Shown here one piece after another: positions 63,401-64,000 of a stretch of DNA of 64,000 nucleotides; the stretch's first letter is position 1; each line of letters begins with the position of its first letter. Source of the DNA: Tilletiaria anomala UBC 951 (taxonomy: Eukaryota); assembly GCF_000711695.1 (NCBI RefSeq), contig NW_013547014.1, positions 1 through 64,000 on the forward strand, written 5' to 3'. Under the pieces are notes generated by a model that did no database searches, was not told where the DNA came from, and saw only the letters and a list, made by a program, of their open reading frames with translations. The translations under genes and the position numbers were made by a program.

Positions 63401-64000
63401 AGAGCGTTCCAGAGAGCTTTTTGCTCCTTCTCCCGATCGAAAGCCCCAGAATTTAGCAAGGCAGCCTCCGCGGCTTGATAATCCTCGCCTTCGAAGTAAG
63501 GCCGTTCATATGTAGCGAGCGATGGTTGGGAGATGCGCATGACTTTGAGCGAGAGGGGGTGTCCGGACGCGCTGTTGGAAAGGGAGGTAGGAGGAACATG
63601 CTGGGTACCTGCGCCACGTCCTTGAGCTGAAGGCGCGGACGTGGCAAAACTAGTCTGAGCGTAACTAACAGGCGCGCTACTTTCCCCGACGTTTAGAGCC
63701 ATGGGTGGTGGAGGGACGTACACCGAAGGGTAAGCATGCGAAGAGCGCCCTGCTTGATGGGAGTATGCAGACCCTATCTGAGCAGAAACCCCTCGAGCCT
63801 CGCCCCTCGGCGGTGGTGGTGGTGGTTGAGCTGCGGGCAGAGGCTGTGTTTGGATCCCAGCTTCTGATTGGAAGGCCGCAACCGTCGGACCGTGTCCGCT
63901 GAAGGAAGGTCGACCCCCGGCTGATGATGCCGAAGAGATGCTACTGGAACGCACAAGCTCTTGCCTTCCTACAGCGCTACCCGCGCTACTCCCTACTCCA
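60456..64000 (-). CDS. TRAPPC13/Trs65 (DUF974)-like protein, 5'-partial, spliced
   Basis: HPLSLKVMRISQPSL. Removing intron 63116-63032 gives LMLPASFGTVYFGETFSAFVCVNN. Also GPHVLICTVTY, LRKLYRF, LLEVQVSN, LGKIDVRWRTTMGE..LQT. Frame is open to the window edge. Confidence 0.87.

Overview
Gene-dense eukaryotic DNA with short GT-AG introns (mostly 55-90 nt, CTRAC-type branch points). It is fungal, and protein style suggests a basidiomycete, probably Ustilaginomycotina (inference). About 21 spliced or single-exon genes can be built by hand: R3H/SUZ protein, UBP3, SCAMP, a triple-bromodomain protein, an ankyrin protein, a GH5 glycolipid hydrolase, MRF1, PRE6, BCS1, VMA13, mL46, TSR1, PCS60, a WKF-domain protein, a PAC4-like chaperone, YSH1, a SUN protein and a TRAPPC13-like protein. 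The standouts are two in-frame domain fusions: a SET methyltransferase joined to the Tad3 tRNA A34-deaminase subunit (38753-40804), and a CaMK-type kinase joined to an HSL-family alpha/beta-hydrolase (44169-48318). Also notable are an internal bromodomain duplication whose copies differ by one intron, and two recognisable pseudogenes (bacterial-type phospholipase C; DUF5872-like). No RNA genes, CRISPR arrays or intact transposons could be supported. All family calls come from motif recognition, not database searches.
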